DNA of 64,000 nucleotides, taken from IMG/VR virus record IMGVR_UViG_3300043432_000485, positions 64,001 through 128,000 of that record. One strand, 5' to 3'. The position numbers and the translations under genes were made by a program. A model generated the notes under the pieces. That model saw only the letters and a program-made list of their open reading frames with translations. It searched no databases and was not told the origin of the DNA. Shown one piece after another: positions 35,904 through 46,141 of this stretch. This stretch comes from a virus. Its lineage: Duplodnaviria > Caudoviricetes. Numbering within the stretch: position 1 is the first letter of the stretch; each line of letters opens with the position of its first letter.

Positions 35904-37672
35904 AACTTCTTCTGTACACCAGTGGTTCGAAGGCTACGTTGCAGTTCTTGCGTGAAGCTGGACTCGCCTTTGAAATCCAGAGCGCCTACCGCGGCTTCCC
36001 CTAAGACCTTGTCAATCAAGTCCTTCTTCTTTTGGAGAATGGCCAGCGTGTAGTGGTCTATCGTCTTCCGTTCCTTCCCTACCCGCGGGCGTTCGGCAAC
36101 AAGATGCACAGCAACAACCTTCTCATGCGGAGACCCGATGCGGATGGGGCGTCCAAGCAACTGAATGTAGTTGCCCCATGACCAAGGGGCGTTGTAGAAG
36201 ATCATTGCCGACGCCGCTTGGAGGTTGATTGCCTCACTCCCTGCATCACTGATGAAGATCACCTTGACCTTGGACTTGAGGTCCTGGAACTTCTGCTGGG
36301 CTTTCAGCCGGGCGGGGTTCTTCTTGGTATCGACTACACCCCCGGTGACCGCCACGCTCTCGATGCCTTGCTTCTTGCACAGCTCCTGCAGTCTCGGGAT
36401 CAAGCTGGCAAAGCGGCAGTACACGATCACTTTTTCATCATCGAACTCTTCCGCAAGCAGATCCAAAAGGGCTTGCTCTTTGGACCCCGTGGCGGTGACC
36501 TCTGCGGCCTCGCTGAACACGTCCAGGTCGATCAAGTCTCCCTCTCCATAGCGGAGCAAGGAAAGGGAGTCCACAGTCTTCTGACAGTAGATGAGGGCTA
36601 CCAAAGCCTTGTGCTCTTCGTACTCCTTGAGTTCCCCGTCCCCCAGCGCAATCACGCCAGATAGGGCCTCTGAGTACTTGGCATCCTCGGCCGCTGACAT
36701 GGTGACCTGCACTTCTCGGGTCGTGAGCTTGGGCAGCTCGTCCGAAATGATATGCTTGGCCCGTCCCAAGAAGAATGGATCGATGCGCGCACGGAAAGCT
36801 TCCAGGTTCTTGTACCCCACCACGATCGGAATCTTGCGTCCACCAGATACACTCTGGAGCTTCGTGACGCAGTAGTCTCGTAGGAATGCGGACTTGGTTG
36901 TGAAGACCTGAGGGTAAATCACCTTGTAGATCGAGAAGCCCTCAATCAGGTTGTTCTTGAGCAGCGTTGCGGTGAGTCCGTAGCAACGATTCGCCCGAGC
37001 GGATAGGTCCCCACAGACCTGCCAGGTTTTCGTGCGATCCGATTTGAACGCCGTGGCCTCATCAAACACTACGGTCAGGTCAGGAATCTTGGACGTGATC
37101 CTATCCAGCAATCCCGGAGTGATGATCCCCTTGGGGTCAGGCTGCCCATTTGGCAGCAAGGGGATGATCTGCCCCGCGTTCCAGTCCCTTACCAGCGGGG
37201 CGTAACCGATCATCATCACCGCTTTGGTCGGTCCCTTGTGAAGAGCAAACTCAAGATAGGTTTGCTTTCTCTCCATAGGGGTGCCGTCCACGATGTAGAC
37301 GGTGATCCCCGTAGAGAACTTGTCGATCTCAGCCGCCCATTGACGCAGGGCAGACTTGGGGCACACCACGATAGCCTTGTTGTTGGGCTCCTTCTCCCAC
37401 GTGTAGCAGAGAGCCGCGATGACCATCAAGGTCTTGCCAACCCCCGTCGCATCCCCAAGGACCATCCGCTTCATTGCCAGCAGGTGGTAAATTGCTTGCA
37501 CCTGGTAGTAGCGTAATCGGAACGGCTGGGAGGTCCCGTCCAGCCCCACGAACTCTGAGCGCAGCATCGAGGTAGGCTTGAGAGCAACAGTTTTGCTCTC
37601 CCGCACCTTCTTCAGAGTCTCGTAGACTCTGGCATGCTTATCGACCACATCTTCTTTAGGAGCAGCTGCCAT
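35900..37672 (-). CDS. SNF2-family (SF2) helicase
   Basis: GDATGVGKT, VVCP, VFDEAT, GLTAT, EAINLQ and QLLGRPIRIG. Confidence 0.9.
   Translation of the reverse strand: MAAAPKEDVVDKHARVYETLKKVRESKTVALKPTSMLRSEFVGLDGTSQPFRLRYYQVQAIYHLLAMKRMVLGDATGVGKTLMVIAALCYTWEKEPNNKAIVVCPKSALRQWAAEIDKFSTGITVYIVDGTPMERKQTYLEFALHKGPTKAVMMIGYAPLVRDWNAGQIIPLLPNGQPDPKGIITPGLLDRITSKIPDLTVVFDEATAFKSDRTKTWQVCGDLSARANRCYGLTATLLKNNLIEGFSIYKVIYPQVFTTKSAFLRDYCVTKLQSVSGGRKIPIVVGYKNLEAFRARIDPFFLGRAKHIISDELPKLTTREVQVTMSAAEDAKYSEALSGVIALGDGELKEYEEHKALVALIYCQKTVDSLSLLRYGEGDLIDLDVFSEAAEVTATGSKEQALLDLLAEEFDDEKVIVYCRFASLIPRLQELCKKQGIESVAVTGGVVDTKKNPARLKAQQKFQDLKSKVKVIFISDAGSEAINLQAASAMIFYNAPWSWGNYIQLLGRPIRIGSPHEKVVAVHLVAERPRVGKERKTIDHYTLAILQKKKDLIDKVLGEAAVGALDFKGESSFTQELQRSLRTTGVQKKL
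35915..35920 (-). promoter_or_regulatory. GGTGTA element
   Basis: 11 nt before the GTG at 35903. Confidence 0.5.
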
Positions 37673-37682
37673 CGATGACAGC

Positions 37683-37688
37683 TACACC
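37683..37688 (-). promoter_or_regulatory. GGTGTA element
   Basis: 10 nt before the ATG at 37672. Confidence 0.55.
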
Positions 37689-37689
37689 A

Positions 37690-38889
37690 TCACTTGAGGG
37701 TAGCTGCTGTTTCCTTCAACGTCTGGACCACTGAGTCAGGCAAGCTCTTGGCGTTATCTGCGAACCAGTTGACCAAGAGGAGTCCCTTGCCTCCGCGGAG
37801 ACGGTTCAGGTTCTTCTTTCCACCCTGGTGCCAGTAGGTGCCGAACACCAGCTCTGGGGCCTTCTTGCCGCCAACCTTGTAGCCAAGGAATGCTTGCGTG
37901 TCCTTCTCATCCAAGTCGTGATCTTTTCCGTTCACAACCACGGTCACCTTGAAGAAGTCACCATGGTACTTGCCACCCCAGAAATTGCTGCTGGAGTGAG
38001 GCTCCTCATAGTACCCCGGAGCCGATTGGTAGCCGATCATGCCGCGGAGCTTTAGCTCGATCACATTCTTTCGGTTGGCAACCGACGGGGCGCTACCTTC
38101 TACCTGGCCGCTCTCCACCAACCAGTGCTTGATGGACGTGGAGTTCCCAGGAGGAAGCTTCTCTCCGAACTTCCAGTCCTTGGCGTCCCGCACCTTGTTG
38201 TTGAACTTACCCTCGAACTCAAGCTCGCCGTGATAGAACTTGAGGGCCTTGGTCACCTGTGCGGTCAGCCATGCGGGGTTCTGACTCTCTTTGGCAGGGT
38301 CTTTGATCACGTAACGGAAGAGCTGGATGCCCCAGATGTCTTTGTTGGGGACTGCTGACCCCATTGAGAATTCGCGCTTGTAGTAGACGGCAACCACGAA
38401 TAGATGCAGGTCAACCTTTCGGCCGTAGGCCACGAATGCCGATTTGTTGGACGAGGATTCATCCCCGTAGAAGTTCATCGGGCTGCGTTGCCACTCGGTT
38501 ACGAACTGCCACTCGACGTCGCTCGGGACCTTGGCTTCAGCCTTGGCCTTGTCGAACGAGATGACGACCGGTTCAGGAGCTTTCTGTTGGCCACCGCCAT
38601 ACCAATGCTCATCATCCTGAGGACCCGGCCTGGATGGAGAGCCGGGAGCCGGACCCGTTTCCAGAGGCTTGGCGGGGGCATTCTTCAGGAAATCGAACGC
38701 CCGGTTCACGTCCTGCATCTTCTGGATGGATCCACCCCTATCCGGATGTGCTTCGAGCGCCTTAGTTCTCTGAGCAGCTTTTAGCTCATTGAGGGACGGG
38801 TTGGCATTGGGAGGGAACCCCAATGCCTTGAGGGCGTCCTCTCTGGTAAGGTCCAAAATCCGCGCTTCTCTGAAATCGTAGCTTGCCAT
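37690..38889 (-). CDS. J-domain (DnaJ-like) protein
   Basis: ALKALG...ELKAAQR..AL.AHPDRGG...MQ.VNRAF..L, then a unique C-terminal region of about 320 aa. Confidence 0.8.
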   Translation of the reverse strand: MASYDFREARILDLTREDALKALGFPPNANPSLNELKAAQRTKALEAHPDRGGSIQKMQDVNRAFDFLKNAPAKPLETGPAPGSPSRPGPQDDEHWYGGGQQKAPEPVVISFDKAKAEAKVPSDVEWQFVTEWQRSPMNFYGDESSSNKSAFVAYGRKVDLHLFVVAVYYKREFSMGSAVPNKDIWGIQLFRYVIKDPAKESQNPAWLTAQVTKALKFYHGELEFEGKFNNKVRDAKDWKFGEKLPPGNSTSIKHWLVESGQVEGSAPSVANRKNVIELKLRGMIGYQSAPGYYEEPHSSSNFWGGKYHGDFFKVTVVVNGKDHDLDEKDTQAFLGYKVGGKKAPELVFGTYWHQGGKKNLNRLRGGKGLLLVNWFADNAKSLPDSVVQTLKETAATLK

Positions 38890-38893
38890 TACC

Positions 38894-39328
38894 CTAGATC
38901 TCGAAGTAGTGAGTTAACCGCTGCCCTGATTCAGGCCACTGACGTTCAAACACAGTGGTGTTGGATGCTGTGACCCCAAGGGACTCCCCGATAATGGCTA
39001 TCGCCAATTGAGCATTGAATGCCTTGCAGCTGAAAGCATCCAAGCTGAACTTCCCCTGAAGGGGCCACGTGTGGATGGAGATGTGACTGGTGCTGATCAC
39101 CTGAAGCATGGACGTCCCGCCCTCATCCTCAAACGTCCCGGTCCGCTTGACGCGCTCCAATACAGAGGGGTCAACTGGCACTTCATAGAACATCGCCTTG
39201 TCGAGAGGCGTCATCTCAAGGGCTAAAATCAGCTTTGAGAACATGATTTCCAGACGTTCGCGTTCGAACACCTGGGGGTCAAGTACTAAGCCATCCATCA
39301 GGACATGCAGTCCAGCCGAGCGAGTCAT
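38894..39328 (-). CDS. speD: S-adenosylmethionine decarboxylase-family proenzyme (divergent)
   Basis: GLHVLMD, GGTS..VISTSHISIHTWP and LDAFSC. Confidence 0.8.
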   Translation of the reverse strand: MTRSAGLHVLMDGLVLDPQVFERERLEIMFSKLILALEMTPLDKAMFYEVPVDPSVLERVKRTGTFEDEGGTSMLQVISTSHISIHTWPLQGKFSLDAFSCKAFNAQLAIAIIGESLGVTASNTTVFERQWPESGQRLTHYFEI

Positions 39329-39359
39329 TCAAGCTCCAAAGCAAGAGGGTCCTACAGGA

Positions 39360-39959
39360 TCACCACAAAGAGAAACCTACCCCGATATAGGGGCTGGAGC
39401 GCCACGTTCCCCAAGTCAGACCGTAGCCGATGTACAGCGTAACGTTCTTGGTCAGATCAAAGCCTACCCCTAGACCTACCGATCTGACGCCTACAAACGC
39501 ATTGAGGTTAGCCCACCGGTAGTAGAAACCCTCTACCAGAAGCCCGCCGTCCAAGGCGTCATAAGACTTCACCCCGGAACGAAACAGTTCGGCGCCCATA
39601 ACCCCAAAGGTAGCTTTTAGCCGCAGCCGGAAGCCCCACGTTGGCTCTACCCGCTCCGCCACAGAAAGGGTGAGGTTGGTCTTGGCGTCCAACTTGTAGT
39701 TGCACCAGTCCATGTGGACTGTATACGGGAGGTCCCCGGTGCCTGAGCCATATACTCGGCCCATCCGGTCTGTGACAATGGTAACACCGTCCGCCGTTAC
39801 GACAGGTTGCGTCTCAGCACGACACTTATGCTCCCGCGCGAGCTGCAAGAACGTCTGCAAGTCGCCCTTTGAAACGCATGTTCCTTGCGGACACACGTCT
39901 TGGGCAACGGCCATGATCGGCAAAAAAAGGAGGAAACATACAGTGAAGAACCGAGTCAT
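39360..39959 (-). CDS. exported protein with C-terminal amphipathic beta strands (putative outer-membrane protein)
   Basis: Signal peptide ending AVA|QD; alternating strands ending YIGVGFSLW. Confidence 0.6.
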   Translation of the reverse strand: MTRFFTVCFLLFLPIMAVAQDVCPQGTCVSKGDLQTFLQLAREHKCRAETQPVVTADGVTIVTDRMGRVYGSGTGDLPYTVHMDWCNYKLDAKTNLTLSVAERVEPTWGFRLRLKATFGVMGAELFRSGVKSYDALDGGLLVEGFYYRWANLNAFVGVRSVGLGVGFDLTKNVTLYIGYGLTWGTWRSSPYIGVGFSLW

Positions 39960-40585
39960 TGTGTCCCCGTTCTACGCTTGGCGGCGGCTTTGCAAGAAGC
40001 ACTGATCTTAGCCTTCTGCTCGTCACTATGCTTGTACCCCATGTGAGCTTTAGATAGTGCCTCAACTTGCTCTGGCGTGCGTACCTTGCCCTTATTGGCA
40101 ACGGAAATCTTCCTCCTAGTCTCTAATGACTTGGGTCTGCCTACATTCGAAGCGATCAGCTTGGCCAGGTGATCAGGGGATGTCGTCACGTTCTTCTTGG
40201 CAGCAGACATACTAGCCCTGTGATTGTCGGACTTTTTACGTCCCATCAGAGCCCGAGAGATCTTCTGCCGAGTCTCAGGAGTCAAAGTCTTGCCACCGTG
40301 CCCACCGGCATCCAGGTTGTATCCAAATGACTGCTGATTTGAATGCAATCTAGAGATCCAATGCTTCTCTGCAACTAAGGCGTCGTCCTCGGATGAGAAC
40401 TCAGCGACCACTTCGAATGTGAAGTTGCCCACCCCGTGCTTCTTGAGTGCAGATGCTATCACTGACCTAGGATGCTCAGATTTGGAGTTGAACACGTGAT
40501 TTCTCCACCTCTTCTTGGGGTTGTTAGCCTTTCCAACATAGGACTTCTGGTTCAGAAGATTGGTGATCACGTAAACGCTCGACAT
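39956..40585 (-). CDS. GIY-YIG homing endonuclease with NUMOD3-like repeats
   Basis: SVYVITN...SYVG....KRW, E..WI, GYN; repeated S.ETR.KIS.A. Confidence 0.88.
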   Translation of the reverse strand: MSSVYVITNLLNQKSYVGKANNPKKRWRNHVFNSKSEHPRSVIASALKKHGVGNFTFEVVAEFSSEDDALVAEKHWISRLHSNQQSFGYNLDAGGHGGKTLTPETRQKISRALMGRKKSDNHRASMSAAKKNVTTSPDHLAKLIASNVGRPKSLETRRKISVANKGKVRTPEQVEALSKAHMGYKHSDEQKAKISASCKAAAKRRTGTQ

Positions 40586-40587
40586 AA

Positions 40588-41115
40588 CTACGAGTATTTC
40601 TTGAGCAGGTCGTCCACGTGCTGGGCGCTGATGCCGGAAGAATCCTTGACCGTCACCGCAAACTTACCAGGCTGGACCACCACCACGTGCTCCACGTCAT
40701 TGGCTTTTACGCCTACCGGAAGAGCCACCTCTACCGGCTTACTGGCGCCCGGAGGAGTGAACTTCACGGTATCCGGATTGCTGAATATGCCGGGAGATTG
40801 GATCGCCACCACAGCGGCTTGAGTCATGCCTTTGGAATCAGCCTGCCCGACAGGGATCAGCTGACCTTTGGTGTCCACTCGGCCCGCCGGGATAGAGTTG
40901 GCGGTATCGATCGCCGTGTGGTCAGGGGCCTTCTTGCCAAGCAGCAAGCCAATCAAGCCCCCGACCTGGACGTTCTTCATACCCAAAGCAGCCGCGATCA
41001 CCGCACCAGCCACCAGGAGGATCACGCCTACCGGCCCGAGCAGCACATGGGCTACCTTCTTGGCTCCGGCTAGAAACTTGTCCCAGAATCCTGGTTGAGG
41101 TGCGGTGTCAGTCAT
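40588..41115 (-). CDS. N-anchored membrane protein (possible i-spanin-like)
   Basis: One hydrophobic segment near the N-terminus and a soluble C-terminal domain. Confidence 0.55.
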   Translation of the reverse strand: MTDTAPQPGFWDKFLAGAKKVAHVLLGPVGVILLVAGAVIAAALGMKNVQVGGLIGLLLGKKAPDHTAIDTANSIPAGRVDTKGQLIPVGQADSKGMTQAAVVAIQSPGIFSNPDTVKFTPPGASKPVEVALPVGVKANDVEHVVVVQPGKFAVTVKDSSGISAQHVDDLLKKYS

Positions 41116-41522
41116 TTGCTTGGATCCTTGGGGGGTTGAGACGGTGGGCTGATGGAGTCATCTACACCGGGGAGGTTGATGTCGATCCCTTCTTTCTTGG
41201 CCAAGCCCTTCAAGAACTCGTAAGCCCACACAGAGAGCGCTCCCGCAAGTGCGAAGTAGCCCATGCTCGCCGGAAGAGACGTGATGCCCGCTTCCGGGAC
41301 CCGCCAGATCGCTCCAACGGCCATTCCAACCGCTATCGGATGCAGGGGGAGAGTCTTGCGACCCCACCAGAAAAACCACAAGGGTTTCTTGGTCTTATAG
41401 GCGTCTTTCGTGAAAATGACGTTTTTCACTACTTGCCCGATAATCATGAAGATCGCCAAAGCCGAAATAAACGGCCAATGGGGTAACACATTGTCGGTGA
41501 TTATCTTAACGGTCTCATCCAC
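41112..41522 (-). CDS. three-TM small membrane protein (putative holin)
   Basis: GTG at 41522 after GGAGAGAGG; three hydrophobic segments; charged C-terminus. Confidence 0.55.
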   Translation of the reverse strand: MDETVKIITDNVLPHWPFISALAIFMIIGQVVKNVIFTKDAYKTKKPLWFFWWGRKTLPLHPIAVGMAVGAIWRVPEAGITSLPASMGYFALAGALSVWAYEFLKGLAKKEGIDINLPGVDDSISPPSQPPKDPSK

Positions 41523-41523
41523 A

Positions 41524-41545
41524 GGGCACCTCTCTCCAAGTGCCC
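41524..41545 (-). promoter_or_regulatory. hairpin enclosing the SD of the putative holin gene
   Basis: GGGCAC-TTGGAGAGAG-GTGCCC, ending 1 nt before the GTG. Confidence 0.5.
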
Positions 41546-41560
41546 CTATATAGGAGGAAA

Positions 41561-41755
41561 CTAAGTACTTTTGACTGGTAACGTCCCGGCTTCCCATTTG
41601 GCAATCCGGCGTAGCAGCTCTGAGTACTGATCCCGCAGCTCTCTAGAAAGTGTGGGGTCAGCCAGAGCAGCTTGATACCGTGCCCTGGCTGCCATAGCGC
41701 TTAACTTCCGCTGGTGAATGGGAAGCTCAATATACGTGGCTCTTTGGAGAGTCAC
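41561..41755 (-). CDS. small hypothetical protein
   Basis: 64 aa immediately downstream of the 1460 aa gene. Confidence 0.5.
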   Translation of the reverse strand: MTLQRATYIELPIHQRKLSAMAARARYQAALADPTLSRELRDQYSELLRRIAKWEAGTLPVKST

Positions 41756-41758
41756 CGA

Positions 41759-44700
41759 TCAGCTCCTTTGCGAGAGCTGGATCGCAGACGGATCCAGCTG
41801 CAGCCGGACGTTGTTGCGAACGAGGGGGTGCCCCTCGATGCGATACAAGTCCGCCGCCGAGTATCCCTCCCCAGCACCATTCGTGCTGATCGTGACAAAC
41901 CCCGGAGTTGGGTTAGGAGCGATCGCGGCCGGACGCTGGGCAGTGGTCACCACCAGCAACATCAGCTCGTCTCCGGCTGACACTTCAGAAGCTCCGACGT
42001 TGGTGACGAAGTTCCTAACCAACATGGCTCGGCCTTGGAGCAGATTGCAATGTGTCGTCTGTGCAACCACCGCTTGGTTCTGCAGCGAAAGAGTCCCGCC
42101 GGGGTGAGAACCGTTCGCTGTGAACACCGAGCCGCCTCGATAGACACGGTAGTTGGTGAGCAGACTGAAGTCGCCCTGCTCTCCATCGACATGCACGAGC
42201 AAGTCGCCTGGGGAACCGACACCACTGGAGCCAGAATCTAGGATGACCTCATCCTGCTCCAGCTGATGGCTCGCGGCCAAGCCCGTAGCCGGACCGACAC
42301 CCACGATATCTGAGTAGAGCAGAGGCGCGGGGGTAGGACCAAAGCCCTGACCTCGGAAGTCCTTGTCACGGAACAACCCGCCAAGAGGCAGGCGCTCTGT
42401 GCACCCAAGATACTCGGTGCCAATGCTTGTCACGTCATTGGTAGAGAAGTTGCCAGCGAGAACCTGAGGACGCGGGGCGACGCCAGAGTTGGGTGGGAAC
42501 ACCGCTGGGTCTTCATAGGCTACATCCCTGAAGTCCAACGCGTTCAACACCGCATCAGCCGAGTAGCGACCAGTACCCAAATCGGTGCTGAAGCTAGTGG
42601 CAGCCACCACCTCCAACAGTTTCTGATTGGGGCGAGTCAAAGCATCCGGGTTCAACGGGGTGGCTAGCTGGAACGCTCTCTGAGATTGGATCGGCCCATA
42701 AGAGTACGGGAGATCCGTGTAGCTGGTCTGGCTTCCCCAGGCATCTCCCTGATACACAGTGCGGCTGTAGTTGATCAGGATCTGATCCGACTGTTCAGCC
42801 GGTCCAGGAAGAACACCGGACACGCTAGCTACAAACTTGTTGATGTTGGCGTCTCGGCCTACCTGAGTGCCCGCTACGTTGACGTTACCAACGCCACCGG
42901 CCACGGAACTCCAACCATTGACGGTCTGAGGACGTGTCAGGACGAGACGGAACTCCTTGCTCACGTCGAAGGAGCCACGATCGAAACCGAACACTACAGC
43001 CTCGACCACGTATGTCCCTAGATCGAAGCTGGAGATGGGCGTCGGTGCTTTGGTGATGTCGATTGCATTAGCATTGAGGATGAAAGTAGAGTCTCCATCC
43101 GCATCAATCTCGATCCACATGGCCGGACCATCGTTTGGACCCATGGCTTGACGCAGGAGGTTGACTGCAGTTCCCACGCCGCCCGTTTGACGGGTATCCG
43201 TGAAAGGACTGCCAGCGACCGCATAGTCGCTTGCTTGGTAGACACCCATGATGCGCGAGACGCCATAGAAGGGAGGGAACTCCAGGCCCTTGCGATTCAA
43301 GCCACGTGTATCGGTGAAGAACCTGATACCGGCCCACAGATTGCTCTCTGTTCCAGTTACCGCGGTGTTGTAGGAGATTGGAGTAGTGTACGGGGTGATA
43401 GCAGTAACCTGACTGAACACCGAGTACTCATTCGAACCGCTGCCACCGTTGAAATAGGCGGCGTAGTTGCTCTGAACGGAGGCTCCGCTTGCACTGCGGA
43501 TCACATAGTTGATGCCGCTTACGAATGAAGCCGAGTCCACCGGGAGGATCGGGGTCCGGACTTCACCCCAACCTGGCACCAGGTACCTCGGAAGCGTCAC
43601 GTAGACACTCTCGTAGGACAGATTTGCAGGCCCGGTGAGGCTGGCCGACGTCCCGCAAAACAAACCTAGGGGATCGGTTTGAGTCCACTTGGAGGCGCCA
43701 TTGACATCACCCAAGGGCATGCAGCCCTGAGCGCTGTGGATCGTGAATGCTAGAGAAGTGCCCGACGGTACCAGGATTGGCCGATCAACCGTGATGGTCA
43801 CGCCCGGGGTGATGGCAGTGATCGTGTACGAACCTGTTCCTGGGCCGCTTGCGATGATCAAGGCGTCCCGTACTGCTGTAGTACCGGTTGGGCCAACGTT
43901 GATCACACGCCCGTTGGCCGAAGCCGCGGTGCCAGAGGTGACTACGCTACCTGCCTTAACCGCCGGAACGGGATTGGCTGCAATACCATCGATTGTGAGC
44001 GGAGTCGGGAAGTCGATGCGTCGGAAGGGAGTGACAATCAGCGTCTTGCTGCCAAGGTCAGCATACGTCTCCGCCGTAACAGGAAGGGCACCATTCAGAG
44101 GGGCTGGACGGTACTTGCTCCACAGAGGAGCCCATGCGACCTGCGCGCTCTTGTTGTTCGTGGGGATCCCAGACTGCTTGGTCATCAGGTCCGTTGAGGG
44201 GGACAAGAACGAGACCGAGTGTAGTGAGTCTGGACGCCGAGAGAGCCCGCGGCCAGGACCGTACACGACGTGCGCCCTGATGTGCAGCAGCTTAGGCGTA
44301 GGAGACGTGTTGGTCTGGTTGGCGAAGAACGGAGACAAGAAGGTGATGGTCAGATCATCGGTCGGTGTCGGGTTCGCCGGAGTGACCGAGTACATGGTTG
44401 TGGGGATGTCCCCCGTCTCACCATCGAAGCGAAGGCGAACCGCACCTGACACGCTATCGTTCAGCCAGCGCACCTGATCGGTAGAACCTGCCTGTAGACC
44501 ACCCTTGAGCTGGTTCACAGGGAGCACAATCGTATCGAGAGCCGTGAACTGTCCACCAACACTCTGCAAGGTCGTATTGACCACTAGGCCAACCGAGAAA
44601 CCAGAGACGTTGATCGGGGTTCCTGGACCCGGAGCCACGCTTGTGCCATGCGGCTGTGCAATGCACTCCACTGGCTGAATCGTAGCCGCGTCTGAGAATA

Positions 44701-46141
44701 CGGTGCGGATGTTGTCAGGGGCGTCGAGCTTGGTGACACCCATAGACACGGCCGCCGACGTGATCGAATCCTGGTAGTGGACGTACGAACCGCGAGGTCC
44801 GCCACCGGATAGCTTCCAGTTGGCGCGCAGCTGTCCGCGCAAGAGCTTGTCCAGATTGCTCTTGAGCAACGCCTGGTAGTCGAACCCGTTCGGATTGACG
44901 ACGTGACGCAAATCCAAAATGTCCGAGTTAGCGATCTGATCCGAGAACAACCCATCGGGCCGCGAGGAGATCACTTTGACGGTTGCGCCAGCCTTATGGG
45001 CCTCTGCCACTGTGCCGTTAGACCCTCTGCTACCAGCCACGATGTTGAGCGTGGTACCGGTGATGGACGAGTAGGTCATCAGCTCGTCTCCGATCTGGAT
45101 CAGCACAGGAGTCGCAGGGCTGGCTGGCAGCGGGATAGCTGTCACAGAAGCCAAGGTCATCGTGAGAGCCGTAGACGTGACGGCAGAGGCCAATGAAGGC
45201 GTCGTCGAGAACGTCTTGATCCCCGTGCGATCAACCGCCGTCGGATTCCGGTTGAAGCCGCCGTTCAGGTTCTGGCTTGGGTTGCCATTCCAGGTGACCG
45301 AGTTGCGGCGGAACACAGCCGCCATGGGGACCGCGTAGACGTAACCGTCGACTGTGCCCAAAGCATTCTGAGTTCCATCACCAGCGCGCCACAATCCCGG
45401 GTCCCCGAGCGTCTGGCGCATGTTGGCGAAGGTATACGACGTCGGTGTTGCGGCGGCGCCTTGGCCCTTCACAACAACCGGGTCAAAGCCGTCAGGGTTG
45501 TTGGAGAAGCCCACCAAGCCCTTGACCACACGAATACGGTATTGCACCTGGACACGCTGATTGGTCTCATACCCAAACGCCGGGTCAACCAGGTCATCAG
45601 CCAAGAAGCTGTTGCCGCCTTCAACGTTACCGTTGCGATAGATGGCCGAAGCCGCGGGCTTGTTGGTCACCGACGGGTTGGGCTGCACGCGCACCTTGAA
45701 CACTTCAAGGAACACGAAGTCGATCCGGAAGTCACCACTGGCCGCCGGAGGAGGGTCCAACGCAATGATGTTGGTGGTGTCGACGTTGTTGGGGCTGCCA
45801 GGGGGAGAGCCAGTCTTGGTGGCCGTCACAGGAATGAGATACCCCGCAACGTTGGCCCACATCACTCCGCGCTGCTCGCCTGAACGCTGAGGTCCAAACT
45901 TGAAGAAATTTGACCAGGTTGGGTTGGTCAGATAGCACGCCTGCAGATTGGTTTCGTTACCCAAGAACCCCGAGGGGAGCCCACGTAGCACAGAGCTTCG
46001 AACAGCGTCGATCCCCAGCTGTTGCATCAATAGGAGTTCCGAGTCTGTCGGCGGCTTACCTTGCTGCCAAATGGTAGTGACGTATTGGGTGTCGTCTGAC
46101 AGCAATACCCTGGATACCCCCGGGCCGAAGTTATCGCTCAT
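41759..46141 (-). CDS. large virion structural protein (baseplate or tail)
   Basis: 1460 aa, Gly/Thr/Pro-rich; N-terminus QQGKPPTDSEL..Q; paralogous to 54089-56707. Confidence 0.7.
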   Translation of the reverse strand: MSDNFGPGVSRVLLSDDTQYVTTIWQQGKPPTDSELLLMQQLGIDAVRSSVLRGLPSGFLGNETNLQACYLTNPTWSNFFKFGPQRSGEQRGVMWANVAGYLIPVTATKTGSPPGSPNNVDTTNIIALDPPPAASGDFRIDFVFLEVFKVRVQPNPSVTNKPAASAIYRNGNVEGGNSFLADDLVDPAFGYETNQRVQVQYRIRVVKGLVGFSNNPDGFDPVVVKGQGAAATPTSYTFANMRQTLGDPGLWRAGDGTQNALGTVDGYVYAVPMAAVFRRNSVTWNGNPSQNLNGGFNRNPTAVDRTGIKTFSTTPSLASAVTSTALTMTLASVTAIPLPASPATPVLIQIGDELMTYSSITGTTLNIVAGSRGSNGTVAEAHKAGATVKVISSRPDGLFSDQIANSDILDLRHVVNPNGFDYQALLKSNLDKLLRGQLRANWKLSGGGPRGSYVHYQDSITSAAVSMGVTKLDAPDNIRTVFSDAATIQPVECIAQPHGTSVAPGPGTPINVSGFSVGLVVNTTLQSVGGQFTALDTIVLPVNQLKGGLQAGSTDQVRWLNDSVSGAVRLRFDGETGDIPTTMYSVTPANPTPTDDLTITFLSPFFANQTNTSPTPKLLHIRAHVVYGPGRGLSRRPDSLHSVSFLSPSTDLMTKQSGIPTNNKSAQVAWAPLWSKYRPAPLNGALPVTAETYADLGSKTLIVTPFRRIDFPTPLTIDGIAANPVPAVKAGSVVTSGTAASANGRVINVGPTGTTAVRDALIIASGPGTGSYTITAITPGVTITVDRPILVPSGTSLAFTIHSAQGCMPLGDVNGASKWTQTDPLGLFCGTSASLTGPANLSYESVYVTLPRYLVPGWGEVRTPILPVDSASFVSGINYVIRSASGASVQSNYAAYFNGGSGSNEYSVFSQVTAITPYTTPISYNTAVTGTESNLWAGIRFFTDTRGLNRKGLEFPPFYGVSRIMGVYQASDYAVAGSPFTDTRQTGGVGTAVNLLRQAMGPNDGPAMWIEIDADGDSTFILNANAIDITKAPTPISSFDLGTYVVEAVVFGFDRGSFDVSKEFRLVLTRPQTVNGWSSVAGGVGNVNVAGTQVGRDANINKFVASVSGVLPGPAEQSDQILINYSRTVYQGDAWGSQTSYTDLPYSYGPIQSQRAFQLATPLNPDALTRPNQKLLEVVAATSFSTDLGTGRYSADAVLNALDFRDVAYEDPAVFPPNSGVAPRPQVLAGNFSTNDVTSIGTEYLGCTERLPLGGLFRDKDFRGQGFGPTPAPLLYSDIVGVGPATGLAASHQLEQDEVILDSGSSGVGSPGDLLVHVDGEQGDFSLLTNYRVYRGGSVFTANGSHPGGTLSLQNQAVVAQTTHCNLLQGRAMLVRNFVTNVGASEVSAGDELMLLVVTTAQRPAAIAPNPTPGFVTISTNGAGEGYSAADLYRIEGHPLVRNNVRLQLDPSAIQLSQRS

